From Roseibacillus sp. (lineage in GTDB: Bacteria; Verrucomicrobiota; Verrucomicrobiia; Verrucomicrobiales; Akkermansiaceae): 64,000 bases of DNA. The stretch lies in assembly GCA_965242925.1 (NCBI GenBank), contig CBDEUM010000014.1, positions 544,001 through 608,000 on the forward strand, given 5' to 3'. The notes under the pieces were generated by a model that made no database searches, was not told the origin of the DNA, and saw only the letters and a list, made by a program, of their open reading frames with translations. This document shows positions 1 through 8,523 of this stretch, piece by piece (within the stretch, counting starts at the first letter, position 1; each line of letters opens with the position of its first letter). The position numbers were made by a program, and so were the translations under genes.

Positions 1-2631
1 CTTGAGTTGCGGGCGCTCTTCCAGGAGCAGGCGCAGGGTGCCGTTCAACACGAGATTCGGGATCTCATAAAAGTGGCCCATCGGGTGGAGGCACTGCTCG
101 GGCAAGTTCCCGGTGTAATCACTCGCTTCCCCGCAGTTCCGCGCCCAATCGATCAGAGCGGCACGAGCCGAATCACGGATCTTCTGTTGCTGGGCATCAA
201 GCTGCTGCTGGGGCGTCTCCTCCCAGGCAAAACGCAAATCGCGCTCGGTCGGCACCATCCGCAGTCCCACCGTGCGGCCCGGGGAGAGGAAAAGCGGGCC
301 ATCGTAGTGGTAGTTCGAAGCGCTCTCCAGAAACCTGCTGGTAGGATCATGGGTCAGGTAGGACGTCGTGAAAATGTGGGGCAACGGGACCCCGTGCTCC
401 CGTGCCGTCTTGCGGGACTTGGCGAGATGGACTTCAAGAAAGGTGCGGTAGCTCCCGCCCAGCGGAGCAAAGGGGTTGAGGGCCTTGCAGGTCCCCGCTC
501 CCCCGGTCCAGCGCGAACCCGCCCCCGCGGCCAGGGTAACCACTGCCACCTCTCCACCCGCCAGGGCTTCTGCCCCCCTCCGGCGGGCCTCCTCCCCGCC
601 CTGAGCAACAACTGAACAATCAACAACATCATCAGCGCCCACATCCTCGATCCGGGTCGTGGGAGGAAGACGATTGCTCAGCATTCCGATCCGGCCAGCC
701 CGAACGCTGGCCCGGATCCCTTCGTGAACATTGTGGTCGAACCCGCTTTCCTCCATGAGCCGCCTCAGGGCCCCGCTCTCCGCCTCCCCCCTGTCTGCGC
801 CCTGCCCGCCTTCGGAGGCAGGCTCCTGCAATCGATGATAGGACTCCGGCAGCTGCATCCCGCCCTCCAGCAGATCGGCACAGGTGCCGGTATGATTGAT
901 GGAAAACTCATAGACCACCGGATTCATCCCGAAGGGCAGGGCGGCCTGCAACTGATCCTTGGTCTCCTCCATGATGCGGGCCATTGCCTCCTGGGCCTCC
1001 GTCTTCCGTTCCGGCGCAAAAATGAATCCCATCCCGCCTCCCGACATGCCTCCCAGCATCCAGAAGCCCCAGAAATCTTCTCCGAACTCCTGCTCCGCCC
1101 GCGCAATCAGGGTTTCCGTGAACAGGTTGGTGGCCCAGGGAATGATGCTCTGGATCGGACCACGGAAGTTCCGGGTGGCGGCCCGGCCAAGGGCCTCGAT
1201 ATCCCCTTTCTGCAGGGAATTCACCAGTTCATCCAGAAGTGCAAGCGCCTCCTGTCGGGCCGCCCACGCCACCGGAGAGCGCAGGAGATACTTCTCTGTC
1301 ACCATCTCGAGGATGGGCCCCACGTCTTGCGCCATCCCGCCATGCACAAGCACCAGCGAGTTCTCGAGCGCCTGCCGCGACGACTCCGGGATCTCATCCT
1401 CCCCGAAGACATGATGGACCGGCAGCAAACATCCACGTGAAACATTGAACTCGGGATCGCCTTCCTCCGCCCGCACTCCCGTAATCAATTTAATCCCAGG
1501 CCACACCCCACCGCAGTCCTGCCAACCCCCGCCCGATCCGCCAAGCCACTCCCCGAGAATGGCCCGCGCAAGGACGAGACGCCTTTCGTTCTCCCGGAGG
1601 GGCCCGGTGAGCGACCCCGTTTGGCCGGTCGCCCGCATGAGCACCCCGATCAAGGCCGCCAGCAGATTCGTCGAGACCGCCAGCCGGGAACCCTTCGGGA
1701 TGCCGTTCACCCACGAAACCACCTCGATGCCCCGCCCCGGACCCACCATGCGCTCGAGGAGATTTTCCAGGCCTTGCCCCGACCCCTCGATCCCGGGCGG
1801 CACCACCCCGGAGGCAATCACGGCGGCCTTGAGCAGGCCCAGGTCATCTTTTGCAAAGTCGAAGATTTCTCCCAGGGTCCCAATCCGCGCGGTGGCCTTA
1901 AGATCCACGGAGGTCAGCACGATAACCGGCTCATCGATGACCCGGACATGAGCCTCAATGGGAGGGCGCGGTTCCGGATCCCGTCCATGAACCCCCAAGT
2001 CTATGGAAACATTGAGGACCCGGGCGCCCTCGGGATAGTCCATGCCCAGGAAGAAGATGTCCGACCACCCTGCGTGGGAAAGGTCCATGCGCACCGGCGT
2101 CCGTTCCCGCAGGATCCGGCGGGAGCCGTCGGGCAGTGGCTCCAACAGCTCATCCCTGATCAAAAGCGGATGGTCCGCGGGATGCCCCATGCGGAACATC
2201 CACTGGTGTCCCCGCACCGTGCGCACTGAGCGCCGCACCTGGGCCGCCAGGGTCTGAAAGGCCAACTCATAGTATCCCTCCGCAAGAGCGGACGAAAGGG
2301 CATCGTTGGCCCCCTGCTCGGCCACCGCGAGGTGAAATACATCAATGGCTTCCGCAAATCTGCGGCGAAGGAGATGCTCCTGTCCCCCAAAGGGGATGTA
2401 GCCTATCCGCCTGGGCGGCAGCCTGGGGGGAAGGTGAACACGGTGAATGGCGGACAGGAAAAACAGCGCCCGCACGCGCTCGTAGAGATTCCCGGCCTCC
2501 CGCCGGAACAGGTCGAGTTCGATGCACTCCTCCAGGAGTTCCGCCAGAGAAAGCTCCGCACAGGCCTCCCCCAGCGCAGTATCGCGCACCGAAGAATCTC
2601 CGCTCGTGATGATGTTCAGGAGCTTGGGCAT
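1..2631 (-). CDS. Bifunctional GHMP sugar kinase (fucokinase-like) / UDP-sugar pyrophosphorylase (UDPGP family); runs off the left window edge
   Basis: Absent from the ORF track because there is no stop in the window. Manual translation from ATG at 2631 (MPKLLNIITSGD...) reads in frame to base 1 (...GHFYEIPNLVLNGTLRLLLEERPQLK). Kinase motifs: PVRMDLSHAGWSD, IPKGSRLAVSTNL, GGGWQD, LGGMSGGG. C-terminal nucleotidyltransferase motif: VTLAAGAGSRW...K. Confidence 0.85.
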   Translation of the reverse strand, partial: MPKLLNIITSGDSSVRDTALGEACAELSLAELLEECIELDLFRREAGNLYERVRALFFLSAIHRVHLPPRLPPRRIGYIPFGGQEHLLRRRFAEAIDVFHLAVAEQGANDALSSALAEGYYELAFQTLAAQVRRSVRTVRGHQWMFRMGHPADHPLLIRDELLEPLPDGSRRILRERTPVRMDLSHAGWSDIFFLGMDYPEGARVLNVSIDLGVHGRDPEPRPPIEAHVRVIDEPVIVLTSVDLKATARIGTLGEIFDFAKDDLGLLKAAVIASGVVPPGIEGSGQGLENLLERMVGPGRGIEVVSWVNGIPKGSRLAVSTNLLAALIGVLMRATGQTGSLTGPLRENERRLVLARAILGEWLGGSGGGWQDCGGVWPGIKLITGVRAEEGDPEFNVSRGCLLPVHHVFGEDEIPESSRQALENSLVLVHGGMAQDVGPILEMVTEKYLLRSPVAWAARQEALALLDELVNSLQKGDIEALGRAATRNFRGPIQSIIPWATNLFTETLIARAEQEFGEDFWGFWMLGGMSGGGMGFIFAPERKTEAQEAMARIMEETKDQLQAALPFGMNPVVYEFSINHTGTCADLLEGGMQLPESYHRLQEPASEGGQGADRGEAESGALRRLMEESGFDHNVHEGIRASVRAGRIGMLSNRLPPTTRIEDVGADDVVDCSVVAQGGEEARRRGAEALAGGEVAVVTLAAGAGSRWTGGAGTCKALNPFAPLGGSYRTFLEVHLAKSRKTAREHGVPLPHIFTTSYLTHDPTSRFLESASNYHYDGPLFLSPGRTVGLRMVPTERDLRFAWEETPQQQLDAQQQKIRDSARAALIDWARNCGEASDYTGNLPEQCLHPMGHFYEIPNLVLNGTLRLLLEERPQLK

Positions 2632-3509
2632 CCAGGACGGGAATGGGCAGTGATCTCGATGATGTCAGTGAGCACCTCGTCACGGTGGGGGCCCGCCAAC
2701 GCCAGGGAGAGCTGCGCCCGCAGGAGACCGTAACGTTCTCCGACGTTGAAACGCTCCCCCGCCAGTTCCGCCGCCAGATACTTCTCCGACCTGGCCATGA
2801 AGGCCAAGGTGGGAGTGAGCCCGAGCTTCTCTCCCCTGCCCAGCAGGGAGACTTCTTCCTCCAGACGTTCCATCACCCCCGCGGTGAGAGAGTGCATCCC
2901 GAAGAAGCAGAGGTAGTTGCCCGCGCGTAGACCGGGAACGATGAGTTCCTGCTCGGCCTGGGTGGGGGTTGGCTTCTCCACGACATCGTGCACGACGAAT
3001 AGAGAAGGGGAGGCCGGCACCCGCGTCGCGGCAACTGTCCCATAGTAGCGAAGCTCGCTCTCATGGGTCGGGTTGACTGCCGAGATACAGCCATCATGAG
3101 TGGCTGTCACCTCCAGCATCTGTCGCACACAGGACGACTCCCCGGAACTGAGATAAAGGTGATCCCCCAACAGCAGGACGAAGGAATCGTCTCCGGTGAA
3201 TTTGTGGGCACTCCACACCGCATGACCGTAGCCCCGCGGATCGCTCTGCTCGATCAGGGTGAGGCGATCCGCGTGCTCCCCCGCGGCCTGCAGATAGGCC
3301 TCGCGTGTTCCGGGATGGATGATCACCGCCGCTGATTCGATTCCCGAAGCGAAGAGGTCATCGAGAATAATGGCCAAAGCCGTCTTGGGCACCCCTTCCG
3401 AATCCACCAGCGTCTGAAGAGGCAGGTGGTGGTCGGTCGGGCTGGCGGCAGTAACGACAGCTTTGGTGGGGATCACAGCGGGAGCGTATGGGTCAGACAG
3501 CGCGAACAA
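2616..3509 (-). CDS. GalU/GalF-like sugar-phosphate nucleotidyltransferase family protein (degenerate N-terminal motif); start uncertain
   Basis: Motifs Q..PRGYGHAV, LLLGDHLY, YYG and VVEKP are typical of the GalU/RmlA fold. Overlaps the start of the kinase fusion gene. Confidence 0.8.
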   Translation of the reverse strand: MFALSDPYAPAVIPTKAVVTAASPTDHHLPLQTLVDSEGVPKTALAIILDDLFASGIESAAVIIHPGTREAYLQAAGEHADRLTLIEQSDPRGYGHAVWSAHKFTGDDSFVLLLGDHLYLSSGESSCVRQMLEVTATHDGCISAVNPTHESELRYYGTVAATRVPASPSLFVVHDVVEKPTPTQAEQELIVPGLRAGNYLCFFGMHSLTAGVMERLEEEVSLLGRGEKLGLTPTLAFMARSEKYLAAELAGERFNVGERYGLLRAQLSLALAGPHRDEVLTDIIEITAHSRPGCPSS

Positions 3510-3580
3510 AGGAAATGTTCACCGATAAACGGACCGGGATTGCCATCCCTCCACGATTCACACACTGTTGACGTCCTGCC

Positions 3581-4912
3581 ATGCGTCTTCTTCTCTCATT
3601 CTTCCTCGCCGCCTGCTTCGCACTCATCACTCCCCCCGCAAGCCGCGCGCAGGACGCCATCCGGCCCAACGTCCTGCTCATCATTTCGGACGACCAGGCC
3701 TGGGGGGACTACTCCTTCCTTGGGCATCCGCACATCAAGACGCCCCACCTCGACAAGTTGGCCGGGGAATCACTGACCTACACCCGCGGCTACGTTGCCG
3801 CTCCCCTCTGCCGCCCTTCTCTCGCCTCCATCTTCAGCGGAAAGTATCCCCACCAGCACGGCATTACCGGCAATGACCCGAGGCTCCCCCCCGGCAAAAA
3901 GGGAGGGCGCGCCACTCCCGGGTTGAAGCCCCTCTACGAGGCGATCATGACGCGTATCGATGACGATCCCGGCCTGGCCCATCTTCTCGGCCAGGCTGGC
4001 TACCTCTCCCTGCAGACCGGCAAGTGGTGGGAAGGAGACCCAAGGGAAAGGGGCGGCTTCACCCACGCGATGACACATGGGGATCCGAAGCGGGGTGGGC
4101 GCCATGGCGATGCGGGACTCAAGGTCAGCCGACAGGGAATCAAACCCATCACCGATTTTATCGCCGAAGCAAAGCAGCAGGAAAAGCCCTTCTTCATCTG
4201 GCACGCCCCGTTCCTGCCGCATACTCCGCACAACCCGCCTGCCCGCTTGTTCGAGAAGTACCAGAAGAAGACCGACTCCAGATTCATCGCCCGCTACTGG
4301 GCGATGTGCGAGTGGTTCGACGAGACCTGCGGGGAACTGTTGCGCCACCTCGACAAGGAGGGCCTGAGAAAAAATACCATTGTGCTCTACGTTACCGATA
4401 ACGGGTGGATCCAGAGTGCCGGCAGCGGCCGCTATGCGCCACGGTCCAAGCGCTCCCCAAACGAGGGGGGAGTCCGAACCCCCGTCATGATCCGCTGGCC
4501 CGGCAAGGTGGAGCAGAAGTTCGACGAGCAGACCCTCGTGAGCTCGATCGACCTCGCTCCCACCATTCTCAGGGCCTGCGGACTCAAGGTTCCTCCCTCG
4601 ATGGGCGGGATTGATCTCCGGGACAGGGCCGCCCTCATGAAACGCAATGCGGTCTTCGGGGCGGCCTACGATCATGACATCCTCGATGTCAGCAGGCCCA
4701 ACCTCAGCGTAGAGACCCGTTTCGTGGTCGCGGATACCTGGAAACTGCTCTCCCATCACCAGGAGGCGGCTCAAGGCAAGCCGGTAGAGCTCTACAACCT
4801 GAGCGTCGACCCGGCGGAAAGGCAGAACCTCGCCGCCCGGCACCCCGGGAAGGTGAAGGAACTCCGGGCCAAGCTCGACACCTGGTGGGCCGGCCCGAAA
4901 AGGGCCCCCTGA
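3581..4912 (+). CDS. Secreted sulfatase (S1 family)
   Basis: Signal peptide, PNVLLIISDDQ, LCRPSLASIFSG, TGKWW, PH, TDNG, EGGVRTP, ELYNL..DPAE. Confidence 0.93.
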   Translation: MRLLLSFFLAACFALITPPASRAQDAIRPNVLLIISDDQAWGDYSFLGHPHIKTPHLDKLAGESLTYTRGYVAAPLCRPSLASIFSGKYPHQHGITGNDPRLPPGKKGGRATPGLKPLYEAIMTRIDDDPGLAHLLGQAGYLSLQTGKWWEGDPRERGGFTHAMTHGDPKRGGRHGDAGLKVSRQGIKPITDFIAEAKQQEKPFFIWHAPFLPHTPHNPPARLFEKYQKKTDSRFIARYWAMCEWFDETCGELLRHLDKEGLRKNTIVLYVTDNGWIQSAGSGRYAPRSKRSPNEGGVRTPVMIRWPGKVEQKFDEQTLVSSIDLAPTILRACGLKVPPSMGGIDLRDRAALMKRNAVFGAAYDHDILDVSRPNLSVETRFVVADTWKLLSHHQEAAQGKPVELYNLSVDPAERQNLAARHPGKVKELRAKLDTWWAGPKRAP

Positions 4913-4939
4913 TTACCGGTCTCCGGCCCCTTTCCTCCC

Positions 4940-6412
4940 ATGTCACGAGCTCTCGCCATCCTCCTGTCAGCCTGCTCCTGGCTGGCCTCCGCCAAGCCAC
5001 CAGGCGACAATGGACTCCTCGCTGACCGGCCCAGCATCCTCTTTATTTTCGCGGACGATCAGCGCAACCATACCCTCGGTTGCGCAGGACACCCGGTGGT
5101 CAAGACTCCCAATATCGATCTGCTCGCCGGCAGTGGGGTGCGTTTCGAGAACGCCTTTGTGACAACTTCCACCTGCTGGGCCAGCCGAGCCTGTCTCTTC
5201 ACCGGCTGCTACGAGCGCCGGCACCTCTACCGCGCCTCGCCGGGGCCACTCAACCCCGACCTTTGCCAGACCAGCTACTTCACCCGGCTCAAAGCCGCCG
5301 GCTACCGCACCGGACACCTGGGCAAGGAACACGTCTCCATTGCTGAGAAGGACGCCGCTGCCATGTGGAGCGTGCGTCGCAAGCTAGGCCGGAATCCTTA
5401 CTTCAAAAAACAAGCTGATGGGAGCGCCCGCCACACAACCCAGATCCTGGGAGACTGGGGCATCAAGTTCCTGGCAGAGCAACCCCGGAACCGCCCCTTC
5501 TGTCTTCAGATCTCCTTCAATGCCACGCACGCCGAGGACGGAGACAAACGTCCAGGCATCGGTCACTTTCCCTGGCCCAAGGTGATGAACGGCAAGTATG
5601 AAGGCCAGGAAATGCCTCTTCCCCCGCTCAATGATCCGGCGATCTACGAGTCGCAGCCCGACTTCCTCAAGAAATCGATCAATCGGCAACGCTACTTCTG
5701 GCGCTGGGACACCCCCGGGAAATACCAGACCAACATGCGGGCCTACTTCCGCATGATCAGCGGAATCGATCATGTCGTCGGCCGCCTCGTGGCACAGCTT
5801 GAGAAACAGGGCCTCGCCGACAACACGGTGATCATCTACACGGCTGACAATGGTTACTACCTGGGCGACCGCGGCTTTGCCGGCAAGTGGACTCACTACG
5901 AGCAGTCCCTGCGCGTCCCGCTCATCGTCCACGACCCTCGATTGCCTGAGCCCAAGCGGGGACGTGTGCTTTCGGAGATGGCTCTCAACAGCGACCTGGG
6001 TGCTACCATCATCGACCTGGCAGGCCTGCCCGCTCCCATCAGCCACACCGGCCGCAGCCTGCTGCCCCTCCTCCGGGGCGACCCCCCCGGGGACTGGCGT
6101 CGCGAGTTTCTCTGCGAATTCCTCGCTGTCCCGCGAACGATCCCGCGCTGGGAAGGGGTGCGCGGGACGGACTGGTCCTACGCACGCTACTTTGTCGACG
6201 GACCGGACAAGTCCCCCTTGGAGTTCTTACACGACCTGAAGCACGACCCCTCGCAACTGGTCAACATCGCCGCCCTTCCCACCCGCCTGCAGACGGAGAG
6301 CCACACTCTCGCTCTCCTCAAAATGCGGAAGCGCTGCAATACCCTGGTGGCAGCCAACGGTCTGCCCATGAAGGACATCCCCGGCTCCCGCCCCCCCGCC
6401 TCAAGGAAGTAG
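4940..6412 (+). CDS. Secreted sulfatase (S1 family)
   Basis: PSILFIFADDQ, CWASRACLFTG, TADNGYYLGDRGFAGKW..YEQSLRVP. Confidence 0.93.
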   Translation: MSRALAILLSACSWLASAKPPGDNGLLADRPSILFIFADDQRNHTLGCAGHPVVKTPNIDLLAGSGVRFENAFVTTSTCWASRACLFTGCYERRHLYRASPGPLNPDLCQTSYFTRLKAAGYRTGHLGKEHVSIAEKDAAAMWSVRRKLGRNPYFKKQADGSARHTTQILGDWGIKFLAEQPRNRPFCLQISFNATHAEDGDKRPGIGHFPWPKVMNGKYEGQEMPLPPLNDPAIYESQPDFLKKSINRQRYFWRWDTPGKYQTNMRAYFRMISGIDHVVGRLVAQLEKQGLADNTVIIYTADNGYYLGDRGFAGKWTHYEQSLRVPLIVHDPRLPEPKRGRVLSEMALNSDLGATIIDLAGLPAPISHTGRSLLPLLRGDPPGDWRREFLCEFLAVPRTIPRWEGVRGTDWSYARYFVDGPDKSPLEFLHDLKHDPSQLVNIAALPTRLQTESHTLALLKMRKRCNTLVAANGLPMKDIPGSRPPASRK

Positions 6413-6450
6413 CCGAGGATAGCGGTTCGCGTTTTTCCTGCTCCCCTGAC

Positions 6451-8388
6451 TCACCGGATCGTCTCCATCGCTTCCACCACCCGGGCGCCCTCGCCCTTCA
6501 CTTTCTGCGGGATGATCGATCGGATCCTCTTCATGGGCACCACCCCCGAACGCCCCAGGGCTTCCAGTGCATTCAAGGCCGCCAGGGACTCATAGACGTT
6601 CCCCTCGTTGACCACTTTGACGAGAACCGGAAGGCCCTTCTCGCTTGCCCCAAGAATGCCCAGCGCCTCTGCCGCAACCACCCGCACATCGAGGGCGGAA
6701 TCCTCCAGCAACCCGAGGAGGGCCGCCTTCAAGGGAGCGGCCTCCTGGCCAAGAATCAGGGCTCCGGTGGAGGCCCAGTAACGCACCAGGGGGGACCCGG
6801 ACCCCAGATCGGGTCGCAGGCGCGGCACATCCCGGGAAGTGGCAATGCTTGCCGCCATCGCGGCAGAGCAGACCTTCTTCCACTCCTCCCCCGGGATGCC
6901 TTTGACGTAATCATAAAGGGTCCCCTCCGCGGCCAGTCGCAGCCCCAGACCTTCCGGGACCAGACCGGCATCCCGTGCGCCCGGATCGAGTAGCTTCGCC
7001 ATCAGGGCGGCCTCCGCTTTTGCAAATCCGGTATCGGGGACAGGGACCCCGTTTTGCTCGCGCTGCCTCAGCCGCTTGAGCGTTGCCTCAAATCCTTCTT
7101 TCGGATCTCTCCTGAATGCGTCAAAGACCTGCAGCCGGTCATACGCGGTCTGATAGAACTCAATCCCCCCCTTGGGCTCCCAATAGCGGGACTGGAGCTT
7201 GTTGCACTTCCCCGCCTTGAAGGCTTCATACCAGGACCCCATGCTCGCCAGCACCCGGAAGGGATAGGTGTAGGCCTGGCCCAGCGGACGGTGGGGGGAG
7301 AAATTGCGGACATAGAGCTGCTCCTTGGTACGAATCGCCCGCACGGTGTCATAACGCTCATCCATTCGACCCCGGTAGAGATAGACATATTCCCGTTCCT
7401 CGACATTGGGTCCGAGAAACGGCTTCCCCTCCCAGATCGCGGGAATCTTCAACCCGCAGAGATTGACCGCGGTGGCCGGAAAATCAACGAAGGCCACCAA
7501 CTCTTGCGCAATCCCATTGTCGTTCCTGGTCCTGGGGGCGAGATGCTTCCACTTTTCCGGGAAACGAATGATCAGCGGAACCCGGGTCCCCGTATCGTGG
7601 ATGTTCCGCTTCCCGCGGGGGAGCGCTCCCCCGTGATCCGCGAAGTAGAACACAATGGTGTTCTCCGCCGCGCCCGACTCTTCCAGTTCCCGGAGCCGTT
7701 CCCCCACCCATTGGTCCATGAGATGGATGTTGTCGTAGTAGCGGGACCAGTTCTCCCGGATCTCCGGGGTATCGGGATGGTAAGGAGCAATGACGTCCAG
7801 CGGCACTTTCCCCGGCGGCACGATACGCTGGGGCGGATTCCTGTCCCTGCGTCCGTGATAGGCCTTGTCGGTGGTCTGGCCCTCATGCGACAGGGTGGTG
7901 TTGAAGACGGCAAAGAAGGGCTGGCCCTTTTCCCGGTTCCGGTAGTGCGCCTTGTTCCCGTTCGCGTGCCAGCCAACGTCCTTCCAGCCCGCCCGCTTTC
8001 CGTTGATCGACATGTTGTAGTCGGTCTTGGCGTTGTTGGTGCAGTAATAACCGGCCTCACGGAAGACCTGCGGGTAGTAGACCAGGGAATCAGGAACCCG
8101 CACGCTGCTGCGATGATTATGAAGCCCGAGGGTGCTGGCATTCATCCCGGTAATGAGGGTCGAGCGGGCCACCGAGCAGACCGGGGCGGAGGAGTAGGCA
8201 TGAATATACCGCATTCCCTGCCCGGCCAGCCGGTCCAGGTTGGGCGTCTTCGCAAGGGGATCCCCGTAGCACCCGAGGTAAGGGCTGTTGTCCTCGCTCG
8301 TGATCCAGAGGATGTTGGGACGATCCGGCTCAGCCGCCAGGAGCGTCCAGGAGGAGGCCAGGATTGTAAAAAGGGTGAAGCGTACCAC
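6451..8388 (-). CDS. Secreted sulfatase with C-terminal HEAT-like repeats
   Basis: Start reassigned to GTG at 8388 (VVRFTLFTILASSWTLLAAEPDRPNILWITSED). CSVARSTLITG and ADHGG motifs. The C-terminus has HEAT-like repeats (VRYWASTG, DVRVVAAEAL, LAALNALE). Confidence 0.9.
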   Translation of the reverse strand: MVRFTLFTILASSWTLLAAEPDRPNILWITSEDNSPYLGCYGDPLAKTPNLDRLAGQGMRYIHAYSSAPVCSVARSTLITGMNASTLGLHNHRSSVRVPDSLVYYPQVFREAGYYCTNNAKTDYNMSINGKRAGWKDVGWHANGNKAHYRNREKGQPFFAVFNTTLSHEGQTTDKAYHGRRDRNPPQRIVPPGKVPLDVIAPYHPDTPEIRENWSRYYDNIHLMDQWVGERLRELEESGAAENTIVFYFADHGGALPRGKRNIHDTGTRVPLIIRFPEKWKHLAPRTRNDNGIAQELVAFVDFPATAVNLCGLKIPAIWEGKPFLGPNVEEREYVYLYRGRMDERYDTVRAIRTKEQLYVRNFSPHRPLGQAYTYPFRVLASMGSWYEAFKAGKCNKLQSRYWEPKGGIEFYQTAYDRLQVFDAFRRDPKEGFEATLKRLRQREQNGVPVPDTGFAKAEAALMAKLLDPGARDAGLVPEGLGLRLAAEGTLYDYVKGIPGEEWKKVCSAAMAASIATSRDVPRLRPDLGSGSPLVRYWASTGALILGQEAAPLKAALLGLLEDSALDVRVVAAEALGILGASEKGLPVLVKVVNEGNVYESLAALNALEALGRSGVVPMKRIRSIIPQKVKGEGARVVEAMETIR

Positions 8389-8394
8389 GCAGGC

Positions 8395-8423
8395 GGTGTA
8401 GCCGCATCTTCCCGCGATGGCAA
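8395..8423 (-). promoter_or_regulatory. Putative sigma70-type promoter directly upstream of the start codon
   Basis: TTGCCA-17 nt-TACACC-6 nt-GTG(8388). Confidence 0.45.
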
Positions 8424-8523
8424 CTCCACGACAGGCACTCCCCACCGGAGCCCTTGCAGAACGCTGCCCATGTGCGAGCTTGCCTTTCGTCCCGCGCCCC
8501 TTTCCGATATCCTCCACCTCCCA

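Noticed and set aside
7..2733. Plus-strand ORFs 7..615, 724..1440, 1621..2229 and others
   Set aside because: Antisense shadows of the long minus-strand kinase/pyrophosphorylase gene; no motifs of their own.
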